Shown here one piece after another: positions 18,385 to 26,307 of a stretch of 39,922 nucleotides of DNA. The translations under genes were made by a program, and so were the position numbers. How positions within the stretch are numbered: position 1 is the stretch's first letter; each line of letters opens with the position of its first letter. The notes under the pieces were generated by a model. It had not been told where the DNA came from and did no database searches. It worked only from the letters and a program-made list of their open reading frames with translations. Origin of the DNA: a virus (taxonomy: Duplodnaviria > Caudoviricetes). Where the stretch lies: IMG/VR virus record IMGVR_UViG_3300037461_000445, positions 1 to 39,922 of that record. One strand, given 5' to 3'.

Positions 18385-19394
18385 GCGGCTAATCCTTTCT
18401 CCCACGCGGGAAGCCATTCATTTCGTATCTTTTCCATCTGCTTTCCGGTCAACTGCGTACCGGATGTAATGTTAAATTCCTTTTTAGCACGGTCAAACAT
18501 ACCGCTAACGCCGAGCGGTTTATTATTCGGATTGATGCAACCCAAAGCAGCTTTGCAAAGATTCGTCCATTCGGACGGACTGATTTTTTCTTCGTCAGGT
18601 GCGCCGGTATTTTTCGGCTTTGTTTCTTCGACTATCTTTGCATCTTCGACTTGCGGTTGGTTTTTAAGATCAGTCTGTTTTTGTGGCTCTGGCTTTTGTT
18701 GTGGTTGTTGTTTGCCGGTGGATTGACGGGGTTTGCGCTGAGCCTGTTCCTCGGCTGTTAAGTTTTTATATGGATATTGCAGCCGTTGATCTTTGCGCTT
18801 CCAAATCCAGCAAGTTTCTGGATCACGCTTGTGGTGTACTTCTACCATTTCCGCGAATTCTTCTTTCCATGCGCGAATAAAATTTGGATCCCACAACTGC
18901 TCTGCAATTCCCAAGTCTTTGCAGCACCGGGTGATGCAATCGGTCTTTGCCGCCTCGATGGCCGAGGCGTAAGATTGCATTTTGTTGTTGGCGTGAAATT
19001 CACACTCACCAACCGCCTGGGCGATGTACCGACTATTAACAATCAGGGCGCCCTCATAATAAATTCGGAGTGCATCCATAAACTGCCGCAATGGGTAAAC
19101 CGCCCAAGCGCCGGGACCGAATGCCCTGTTCAGGCAGTTACGAAATTGTACGCCGGGCAGGTAAATAATCCCGTCCGGACGAATCTGGACGTCCGATTTT
19201 ATTACATTCTCAGCAAGAATTTTTTTCGATTCCTCGCTGAACGATCCGCTTGCAATTCCCTGGTAAAGGTTTAGCGCAAATTTGTCATCGTGACCATTAT
19301 GCGCGGGAACCAGCGATTCAAGGACATCACCATTTATCGGCTGTCCTTTGGCGTCCAGGATTATCAATCCAGTTGAATTTTTTTCACTTGACAT
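18381..19394 (-). CDS. Rad52-superfamily single-strand annealing protein, Mgm101-like
   Basis: DVQIRPDGIIYLP...LNRAFGPGAW...EAAKTDCITRCCKDLGIAEQLWDPNFI...IWKRKD. Confidence 0.85.
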   Translation of the reverse strand: MSSEKNSTGLIILDAKGQPINGDVLESLVPAHNGHDDKFALNLYQGIASGSFSEESKKILAENVIKSDVQIRPDGIIYLPGVQFRNCLNRAFGPGAWAVYPLRQFMDALRIYYEGALIVNSRYIAQAVGECEFHANNKMQSYASAIEAAKTDCITRCCKDLGIAEQLWDPNFIRAWKEEFAEMVEVHHKRDPETCWIWKRKDQRLQYPYKNLTAEEQAQRKPRQSTGKQQPQQKPEPQKQTDLKNQPQVEDAKIVEETKPKNTGAPDEEKISPSEWTNLCKAALGCINPNNKPLGVSGMFDRAKKEFNITSGTQLTGKQMEKIRNEWLPAWEKGLAA

Positions 19395-19469
19395 TGCTTT
19401 AAAATCTCCCTACATTTCAGGTGTTCGTTTTGCCCTTTAGCCTTGGCGATTTGCCCCGTCAGGGCTTTT

Positions 19470-19664
19470 TTATTGCCACGGCCCGATGGTGGGCTTGCCG
19501 TTGCTGTCAAAAAACGCTTCGCAATTTCTGTTAGGACACCAGCCGCCGAAAAAACCGTACTTGATTTCAGATCCACAAAACGGACACTTTTCACGGCGTG
19601 AAGTCTCAAGCTCTGCCGGACTGTCCTCTTTCGCGGTCTCGGTGATGTGATCCATGTTAGCCAT
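19470..19664 (-). CDS. small zinc-ribbon protein
   Basis: CPFCG...CPNRNC. Confidence 0.55.
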   Translation of the reverse strand: MANMDHITETAKEDSPAELETSRREKCPFCGSEIKYGFFGGWCPNRNCEAFFDSNGKPTIGPWQ

Positions 19665-19962
19665 TAGCTACCATCCTTCCGGCCAATGTCAACCGTCGCC
19701 AGTTCAGCTTTCGTTCTTGCGGGTCAAGCAGTTGGATCCCGCTTTTTTTCTCGATGCCGGTGATTAGGTCAAGCATACCACGAAAAGCGATGCCGAAAAC
19801 ATACTCGGTATCAGAAATGATTTTTGAGTCATTTTGCGGGTCGGTGTTTACGTCCCACAGGATTTTCTCGATTTCGGCCTTACGCGAGAGAAAGCATTCC
19901 TTGGTGACTCGGAATGCAGGTAGTTGATTGAGGATATTGGTTTGCACGTTTTGCCCTTTCAT
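19657..19962 (-). CDS. hypothetical protein
   Basis: ORF overlapping the next start. Confidence 0.55.
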   Translation of the reverse strand: MKGQNVQTNILNQLPAFRVTKECFLSRKAEIEKILWDVNTDPQNDSKIISDTEYVFGIAFRGMLDLITGIEKKSGIQLLDPQERKLNWRRLTLAGRMVANG

Positions 19963-20091
19963 TTAATTTTTGCCCGTCAATTCATTGTCAAACATTTCAT
20001 CCATGCGATCATCAGCACAGCCACCGGCGGCGCAAATGGCCCAGCCAGCGACCAAGAAAATAGCAAGCATAAAAACGATGAAAATGATCAT
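19963..20091 (-). CDS. 42-aa membrane peptide (absent from the ORF track)
   Basis: MIIFIVFMLAIFLVAGWAICAAGGCADDRMDEMF...; RBS GAGG. Confidence 0.45.
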   Translation of the reverse strand: MIIFIVFMLAIFLVAGWAICAAGGCADDRMDEMFDNELTGKN

Positions 20092-20184
20092 GGACTTACC
20101 TCTCAAAAATTTTGTCGTTCAGGTGCCAGGCCCGCAGGTACGAAACGTATTCGTCCTCGTCGCGGTCTTTGATAAAAAACTCGA

Positions 20185-20394
20185 TCATGCAGCTTGTGTT
20201 GATTGATGCTGGTCGTCGATTATGTCGGTCAATTTACATTGTAAAATTTCGGCGATTTTACAGGTAAGTTTTACGCTCCCGTCACGTTGACCGTTTTTAA
20301 GCTGGCTAATATAGGACTGAGTTACCCCGGCCTTTGCGGCAAGGTCAACTTGCAAAATGCCGCGTTTTTTCATAAACTTGTCAAGATTTTTCAT
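20185..20394 (-). CDS. Cro/XRE-family HTH transcriptional regulator
   Basis: ILQVDLAAKAGVTQSYISQLKNG...KIAEILQC. Confidence 0.9.
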   Translation of the reverse strand: MKNLDKFMKKRGILQVDLAAKAGVTQSYISQLKNGQRDGSVKLTCKIAEILQCKLTDIIDDQHQSTQAA

Positions 20395-20420
20395 AAACGT
20401 TTCCTTTATGTTTATTGTTA

Positions 20421-20450
20421 GTAATATAACATAATAACTGACAATGTCAA
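20421..20450 (-). promoter_or_regulatory. sigma70-type promoter for the early operon with an overlapping palindrome
   Basis: TTGACA (20450-20445), 16-nt spacer, TG-n-TATATT (20428-20423); palindrome TGACA-A-TGTCA at 20439-20449. Confidence 0.7.
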
Positions 20451-20956
20451 GATATTTCTAAAATATTTTTGCGGCAAAAATCACCAAACAATTCAACTGC
20501 TTTATTATTATATACTTTCGCGGCTTCAATTTCAGAGGTAAAAATTCCCAATTTGATTAATTTTCCATTTAAACAAATAGATGCCAAAAATTTATTTCGG
20601 CTTTTATCAAAAGTAACTCCCTTATATTTGCTCGATTTTCCTGGTACTTTTTGCATATTGAAAGCGTTTTCTTGTGTCGTGCAAAGTCTTATATTTAATC
20701 TTTGACAGTCCAAACCATTTCCGTTTTTATGATCTGTTTTAAATTGCGAATCAGTTAAACCGAGAATCATTCTATGTAAATATACTTTTTTTTGAATATG
20801 ATTTTTTCTTTTCATATTTGTTTTTGCATAAAAAGTGTTTCTACTTTTTACTGCATGCCATTTAAATTTGCTGACTAATTCAAAATCAGAATCATCAACA
20901 ATAGCAGTTAGATTGTTTTCGGTCGCAACCCTGCCACTTAATTTTATTTCTTTCAT
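20447..20956 (-). CDS. HNH-AP2 homing endonuclease
   Basis: AIVDDSD, YLHRMI, DHKNGNGLD...NIRLCT..EN, SSKYKGV, LGIF.SEIEAAKVYN..A..LFG; AT-rich. Confidence 0.92.
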   Translation of the reverse strand: MKEIKLSGRVATENNLTAIVDDSDFELVSKFKWHAVKSRNTFYAKTNMKRKNHIQKKVYLHRMILGLTDSQFKTDHKNGNGLDCQRLNIRLCTTQENAFNMQKVPGKSSKYKGVTFDKSRNKFLASICLNGKLIKLGIFTSEIEAAKVYNNKAVELFGDFCRKNILEIS

Positions 20957-20984
20957 TTTACTCCCCGATGATATTCACAGAATA

Positions 20985-21013
20985 AATGTAATATAACTAT
21001 CAATAAAAAGCAA
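20985..21013 (-). promoter_or_regulatory. putative promoter upstream of the HNH-AP2 gene
   Basis: TTGCTT-N17-TACATT. Confidence 0.45.
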
Positions 21014-21050
21014 GTTATTTTTCCATGATTTTAAAGTATTGAAAAACAGC

Positions 21051-21080
21051 AAAGGCCCTATAATAAGGGCCTTTTTTATT
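21051..21080 (+). terminator. intrinsic terminator, plus-strand oriented
   Basis: AAAGGCCCT-ataata-AGGGCCTTT followed by TTTATT. Confidence 0.6.
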
Positions 21081-21143
21081 GCCAAAATAGCGCAAAATAC
21101 TGTAAATTTCGCGCAAAAAGAGCACCGATTTAGCGCAAATATG

Positions 21144-21171
21144 AATAAAAAAGCCCTGTTTCCAGGGCTTT
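21144..21171 (-). terminator. intrinsic terminator ending the late/lysis operon
   Basis: AAAGCCCTG-GAAA-CAGGGCTTT plus U-tract, just after the last late ORF. Confidence 0.8.
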
Positions 21172-21185
21172 CTGACTCGATGAAA

Positions 21186-21356
21186 TTAGTCGTTTGCTTC
21201 GACCAAAAATTCGGCGATGCCTTCCTTGACCAGCTCCATGACTTCGTCCATGCTGACCTTGTTATCCGGCTCATAAGCGACCAGCGCATTATGGGCCAGG
21301 CCGGTGAGAACTTTAGCGACCTCGATACCGGTCAATTTCTTTTCTTCATCCATCAT
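21186..21356 (-). CDS. small acidic protein in the lysis cassette
   Basis: RBS AAGGAG; MMDEEKKLTGIEVAKVL. Confidence 0.55.
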   Translation of the reverse strand: MMDEEKKLTGIEVAKVLTGLAHNALVAYEPDNKVSMDEVMELVKEGIAEFLVEAND

Positions 21357-21609
21357 TTTTCTCCTTTTTGTTTTTAAAAAATCCAGAGACAAGGCCGCCA
21401 ATTAGCGCCCCGATCTCTGCACGGTTTTTTATTACCTTATCTGCAACCCCCACGGTCGCCACAAATTGGCCGGCTGCCAGGACTCCAGGAGCCAGCGGCC
21501 CCGTCAGCGGCGAGACAATGATCATGGCAACGCCAATCGTCGTCTTGCTGCCAAGGGTGTTTCTCCATAGCCAGCCGTACCAGGTTGATTTCTTTCTTTC
21601 GTCTGTCAT
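21346..21609 (-). CDS. holin-like membrane protein
   Basis: hydrophobic segments, basic C-terminus, follows the endolysin. Confidence 0.5.
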   Translation of the reverse strand: MTDERKKSTWYGWLWRNTLGSKTTIGVAMIIVSPLTGPLAPGVLAAGQFVATVGVADKVIKNRAEIGALIGGLVSGFFKNKKEKNDG

Positions 21610-21974
21610 CAATAACTCCAAAATCGAGGTCTTGGATTTTCCAAAATATCAAGGTGGACAAAATAAGGCTTTCCATCTGATAAAGATGCACCTATTCCGG
21701 TGAAATTAAGCCGAAATGCTAATCTGATTAATTTAAAGCCCATTTCTCTGTCCGTGCAGACAATATCGACGGCCTTGCCGGTTGTATGCGGCCCATTTTT
21801 ACCGGTTGTCGATACCTTTGCGTTATGCTTTTGGCATCGATATCCAGACGAAACCACGAGAGGCATTTTTATTTTCTCCCGTAGTTTATCGAGCTTCTCA
21901 CCAAGCCGGAGGTCAATGATCGTCCTCCCGCACCCGCATTTGCAGGTAAATTCGGAATCTTTAAAATACTTCAT
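21609..21974 (-). CDS. endolysin, peptidase M15A family
   Basis: EFTCKCGCG, SSGYRC..HN, HTTGKAVDI, FVHLD zinc ligands. Confidence 0.92.
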   Translation of the reverse strand: MKYFKDSEFTCKCGCGRTIIDLRLGEKLDKLREKIKMPLVVSSGYRCQKHNAKVSTTGKNGPHTTGKAVDIVCTDREMGFKLIRLAFRLNFTGIGASLSDGKPYFVHLDILENPRPRFWSY

Positions 21975-22312
21975 TTCTTGGCCTTTTGCGCCTGGTCAAC
22001 CAGAAAATCCAGCTTGGCATTCATTCGCGCAAGCAAGATTCTCTGATCAACGTCATTGTTTTCAAGAACGCTCACCCTTGTTTCTATCTTTTCAACACAC
22101 TGAGCAACGGGAGCGACGTTCATTCTTGCTGAAGCGCCCCACACTATCGCAATCAGTGAAAAAATTGCAATAAAAATCGCCAGCACCTTAGAAACTAAAA
22201 AACAACCATTTTTGTTTTCTGCACTTTCCCGCGTCATAAGAATACCTATTTCTCTTTTTTGAGCTTCTTCCCGTCGATTGTCACATCTTCGCCAAGGTTT
22301 ATTGCTTTCCAT
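21971..22312 (-). CDS. single-TM coiled-coil protein (holin/antiholin-like)
   Basis: TM VLAIFIAIFSLIAIVWGA then a coiled coil; ATGA overlap with the endolysin. Confidence 0.5.
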   Translation of the reverse strand: MESNKPWRRCDNRREEAQKREIGILMTRESAENKNGCFLVSKVLAIFIAIFSLIAIVWGASARMNVAPVAQCVEKIETRVSVLENNDVDQRILLARMNAKLDFLVDQAQKAKK

Positions 22313-22869
22313 GCATATTGTCTTTGATCCGACTTTTTGATATTCTTTTTGTCCTTATCCTTCCATGGTTTGTTTTTGTCCACCGATAGAACAGAATCGA
22401 TGAATGTTTTTTTTCCAAAGTAATCACGCGACGCCAAGGCTTTTATTTCTTTCGATACGCTTTGAATGTAACTCTTTGCGCTTGGCCCACCAGACCATCC
22501 GGAAAATGCGACTTGCGGCGCCCTTGCTGGACTTGCCTTAATAAAATGCCGATAGAACTTTGTCACGTTACAGGTGTTGAATGTCAGCGGTTCCAAATAT
22601 TGCACAACTGCTATCATCTTTTTTTCTGTTTCGACAATTCTCTTGATTTCAATAGCGCTGTCACTTGGAGACTGCGAATATCCGATAAATTCCCAATAAT
22701 TCGTTGGCTCGGCAAATTCAAGCTGCTGCACCCTTGCGGCAACATACGCCGAATCCAACTTTGCGCTATTCGCTTGCCCAAAATGCAGGGCTGAAAAAGT
22801 GACAGCTTGCGAAAAAATTAGGCAAGGCAGCAATAAAAACAAGCAGGTTAAAACGTTTCGGATTTTCAC
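22246..22869 (-). CDS. exported protein with Sec signal peptide
   Basis: GTG start; MKIRNVLTCLFLLLPCLIFS|Q. Confidence 0.6.
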   Translation of the reverse strand: MKIRNVLTCLFLLLPCLIFSQAVTFSALHFGQANSAKLDSAYVAARVQQLEFAEPTNYWEFIGYSQSPSDSAIEIKRIVETEKKMIAVVQYLEPLTFNTCNVTKFYRHFIKASPARAPQVAFSGWSGGPSAKSYIQSVSKEIKALASRDYFGKKTFIDSVLSVDKNKPWKDKDKKNIKKSDQRQYAWKAINLGEDVTIDGKKLKKEK

Positions 22870-22870
22870 A

Positions 22871-24940
22871 TTATCCCCCGACATGAGTAGATCGCACTGT
22901 CGCAACCCACCGAATGGTATTGGCGGTTTTTCCGTTTACAATAATGTTGAGACTTTCTCCTGTATCGTCTGCGGACAACGTCACATTGCAATCGGTTAGA
23001 TCAGTATGCTCGTATTTTACCGCTACTGCCGACCATGGCAATGTCGTATTGTTGCTGCCGTCTCGCTGAATCAAACCCTCAATTTCGTAGCACACCGCTT
23101 TATTATCATCTGCGCCAGACACACACCAGCCAACGACCATGCCCTTGAAATACTTTGCGCAGTTTGCCTCAACAGCGAAAAAGTTAGTGCCGGCTTCTGA
23201 TCCGTCTAAATGTAATGTATCTGACTGGCTTGATTGCGTTGTGTCTCGCAAAACGAAATAACTTGCACGAGCATCGCCAGCGGCAGCAAAATTCCCATGA
23301 TCAAATATGAGTGGTGTAGTTGAGCCAGAAGACGACAAATGCGCTTTTGCGGTTGGCGCAGTTGTACCAATCCCTAAATTACCAGTGCCGGAAAATTGCG
23401 CCCACTCAGTTGCCGCACCGCCGTAGGAATTAGTGCCAAATCTGATAATCGATGTGGCATCATTGTTGCCACCGTCGCAAAGCAACTCTAAATTATCCTC
23501 TCCAGAAATGGCAAAATCTCCAGCAGAATCATATACATTACCGTTTACTACATTGACCTGGCTTACCACTGCTATGCCCGCCGACGCTGAAATGGTTCCA
23601 GTAACATCCAACGCACTCGCTGGATTGGTCTTCCCGATACCGACATATCCGTTAGTATTTCCCACTGCCAGAGCAACCGTACCGCCAGATGTTTGCACCT
23701 GTAACGGGCTAATAGCTGTCACTGGTTTTATTACCACTTTAGCCAAGCCTGTGTCTGCCAGGGTAGATGTTGAAATTCTACCTCCGTCTGTAATATAGAT
23801 CGGCATAGAGGTCTTGCCGAATTGCGCGGAGCCGGTTACATTCATCCCGCCGCTAAATCCAGTAAGCGATAAAGCATCCGCAGTTGTAATCGCAACCGAT
23901 CCTTGGTCATTGTCGGACGCCACAAAATTAATCTGACCGGAAACGTTCTCCGCATCATTTCCCAATGTGATGCTGTTCCAAGCAGAATCAAGTCCTGTTA
24001 TCGTTGCAACGGTGTGGCCATGACTATCATTCTCAACCGCCCACGCGCCAGATGAAATGGTAACGTCGCCCATGTCTGCATCACTGACATTAGCCGCTTT
24101 GCCGGTCATGGCTGCGGGGAGGGCAAGATCTGGAATTGATCTGGACGAAATAAATGCGCCGTTGATGGAATCGTTAGCGGGAACATCCCACTGTACAGCA
24201 CCGATCTTAAAATCTCCACCAGAGACAATACTTAATTTCGCGTCTGGTGCACTTGTGCCAATTCCGACCTTTCCGTCAGCCAATACGGTGACGCGTCTGG
24301 TTGCGTTCGTGTTCAATCCGATCACGTCAGAGCCTGGCAAATACATGCCTGTATTAGGGTCTGCCTGTGCACTGTATTGTGGCAGAGCCGACGATCCCGC
24401 CCCGGCCAAAATCTGCTGGCCGGCAATGGTGGACATCGTCACGGTGTTTTCTAATTTTGTTTGTCCGGTTATTCGCACGCCGGAAAGTTTAACCGGATAT
24501 GAACCTTGGATGATAACCGTGTCCGGTGATGTTCCCTGCAATTTGACAAGAACAGAGTCGCCAACTATCACGCGAACCTGAGCCGCGGTGATTCCTGAAG
24601 CGGTGGCTATCCGCCTCATAACTTTGTGCCACATCGCCGTATCGATTTTTGTCGTATCGAGCTTAAAGCTTGTCCTGTAAACATCGAGCGAATCAAGTAT
24701 AGACTTGGCAAGACGATACAATGTTGCAAGCTTCGTCGAATCTGCGGCGACCGCATCGGAGGCAACCGTAATACCAAAACCCGCGCCAACATTGAGAGTT
24801 ACTCCGGCGGAAGTTCCGCCGCCCGTTAGTCCGCTGCCTGCCGTTACTCCGGTAATATCACCGGCAGAGCTTTGCGTGATCTGTCCATAAGCAGAAAAAG
24901 CAACAGAAATAATCGCAAGAAAAATCAAAATCTTTTTCAT
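22871..24940 (-). CDS. tail-fibre/adhesin-like protein carrying a Sec signal peptide
   Basis: MKKILIFLAIISVAFSAYG|Q; GDITGVTAGSGLTGGG; three G.(V/L)GIG...P fibre repeats; RBS GGAGG. Confidence 0.75.
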   Translation of the reverse strand: MKKILIFLAIISVAFSAYGQITQSSAGDITGVTAGSGLTGGGTSAGVTLNVGAGFGITVASDAVAADSTKLATLYRLAKSILDSLDVYRTSFKLDTTKIDTAMWHKVMRRIATASGITAAQVRVIVGDSVLVKLQGTSPDTVIIQGSYPVKLSGVRITGQTKLENTVTMSTIAGQQILAGAGSSALPQYSAQADPNTGMYLPGSDVIGLNTNATRRVTVLADGKVGIGTSAPDAKLSIVSGGDFKIGAVQWDVPANDSINGAFISSRSIPDLALPAAMTGKAANVSDADMGDVTISSGAWAVENDSHGHTVATITGLDSAWNSITLGNDAENVSGQINFVASDNDQGSVAITTADALSLTGFSGGMNVTGSAQFGKTSMPIYITDGGRISTSTLADTGLAKVVIKPVTAISPLQVQTSGGTVALAVGNTNGYVGIGKTNPASALDVTGTISASAGIAVVSQVNVVNGNVYDSAGDFAISGEDNLELLCDGGNNDATSIIRFGTNSYGGAATEWAQFSGTGNLGIGTTAPTAKAHLSSSGSTTPLIFDHGNFAAAGDARASYFVLRDTTQSSQSDTLHLDGSEAGTNFFAVEANCAKYFKGMVVGWCVSGADDNKAVCYEIEGLIQRDGSNNTTLPWSAVAVKYEHTDLTDCNVTLSADDTGESLNIIVNGKTANTIRWVATVRSTHVGG

Positions 24941-24950
24941 GATAGCCCTC

Positions 24951-25304
24951 CTATGGCAAGAATCGTGCATGTTCAACTTGAACGATTGATGTACTGGACG
25001 GGGCCTTTAAAAATAGCGTGTCCAACTCACCACCGGAATAGCTTTTTGTGCATCCCTCTGTGATCGTCCACCAGTGATCCCACGTCGCAGACATTTTTAT
25101 AAGAACGTTACCGGAAATCGGATTGATTGCCGCATGCCAGGTCTTGCCTGATAAAACCAGCGTATCGACCGCAGTCGTGACCGCGAGGCAGTCGCACCCG
25201 GTATGCTTCCAATTCCAGTTAAAATTATCAATTGCCACCGGATCGGCGAATTGCGCCGATGCGACAGCGACAAAAACCAATAAAAGCAAAAATACTTTTT
25301 TCAT
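24951..25304 (-). CDS. small exported beta-rich protein with Sec signal peptide
   Basis: MKKVFLLLLVFVAVASA|Q; RBS AAGGG. Confidence 0.7.
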   Translation of the reverse strand: MKKVFLLLLVFVAVASAQFADPVAIDNFNWNWKHTGCDCLAVTTAVDTLVLSGKTWHAAINPISGNVLIKMSATWDHWWTITEGCTKSYSGGELDTLFLKAPSSTSIVQVEHARFLP

Positions 25305-25317
25305 TTGTACTTCCCTT

Positions 25318-25710
25318 TCAAGATTCAACAACGTTTTCAATCAACTTAAAATTGATTTCTTTATCTGCTGCCAAATATCCGACATTGTATGCAATCGACA
25401 TATTAGGATCAATCCGCACAACTGAATAAACAGCCGGATATTTACTATATTTCCAGTAAAAATTTATCGTTGTTCGCAAAACCCGCAATATATTAATTTT
25501 GTCTAACGTTTCAGGCGTTTGATCAATCGATAAAGAAAACTCTTTAAAAGCATAGCCAAGAATATATTGGATGTGTTTTCTGTTTTCGAGTTGCTGGGTT
25601 GATTGTCTGCGCTTTGTCGTTACAACCAGGCGGACGGCCTCAAGGTTGTTAAATTTAACCTCTTTGGTTTCCTCATCCTCGACATATTCAAAAAGCAAAA
25701 CGTCTGTCAT
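25318..25710 (-). CDS. tail protein, paralogue of 29511-29897
   Basis: shared VL.F...TLDKIN.L......FY..Y pattern. Confidence 0.55.
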   Translation of the reverse strand: MTDVLLFEYVEDEETKEVKFNNLEAVRLVVTTKRRQSTQQLENRKHIQYILGYAFKEFSLSIDQTPETLDKINILRVLRTTINFYWKYSKYPAVYSVVRIDPNMSIAYNVGYLAADKEINFKLIENVVES

Positions 25711-26306
25711 CCCTGCACCGATAAATAAAGTGACGATCCGCCAAACTCCGCTTTTTGGGCGCCCGTTCCACCTGATTCTGTTAAAACGATTCGCAACAGC
25801 ACCCGCAAAACATCACCGGCAACAAGGCCCGTCGGCGTGATGGTAAAAGTATAGTCCGCCATTGTGGTGGTAATGGTCTGCGCTGCAGTCGCGCAAATAT
25901 CGCTTCCCGCCGTTCCTGCCTGGGCTATTTTGTAAACCTCTGCGTCGATTGTTTTAACTGACAGCGTGCCGGTTCCCGTGTCAGAAAACCTTCCGGAAGC
26001 ATGAAGCGCAATAGCGCTGCCGGCCACGTAATTGCTCGGCAAAGCGAAAGCAAATTGCACGGTTTCGGTTTTTGTGGTTCCGTGTGCGTCCTGGCCTTCA
26101 AGTATGCCGGTTCCCGATCCCCATCCGCCCATGATGATTTTTGGGTTTCCTGCGGCGCCAGTCGCATCGAGCGTATTCCCGTTTGCATATCGCCAACCCA
26201 AAAGTGGAACCGGGAAAATTACCAAGTCTTCCTGCAAAAGATTCCCGCGAGGGATGGCATTCAGAAACGCCGCCGTAATTGGATCGCCTGTCGCAAATGC
26301 TGTCAT
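25707..26306 (-). CDS. virion structural protein (beta-sandwich, tail region)
   Basis: MTAFATGDPITAAFLN N-terminus typical of tail-tip proteins; Gly/Ala/Thr-rich. Confidence 0.6.
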   Translation of the reverse strand: MTAFATGDPITAAFLNAIPRGNLLQEDLVIFPVPLLGWRYANGNTLDATGAAGNPKIIMGGWGSGTGILEGQDAHGTTKTETVQFAFALPSNYVAGSAIALHASGRFSDTGTGTLSVKTIDAEVYKIAQAGTAGSDICATAAQTITTTMADYTFTITPTGLVAGDVLRVLLRIVLTESGGTGAQKAEFGGSSLYLSVQG

Positions 26307-26307
26307 T

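Noticed and set aside
21186-22312. Rz/Rz1 spanin pair
   Set aside because: No nested or adjacent lipoprotein ORF could be identified in the lysis cassette, so no call was made
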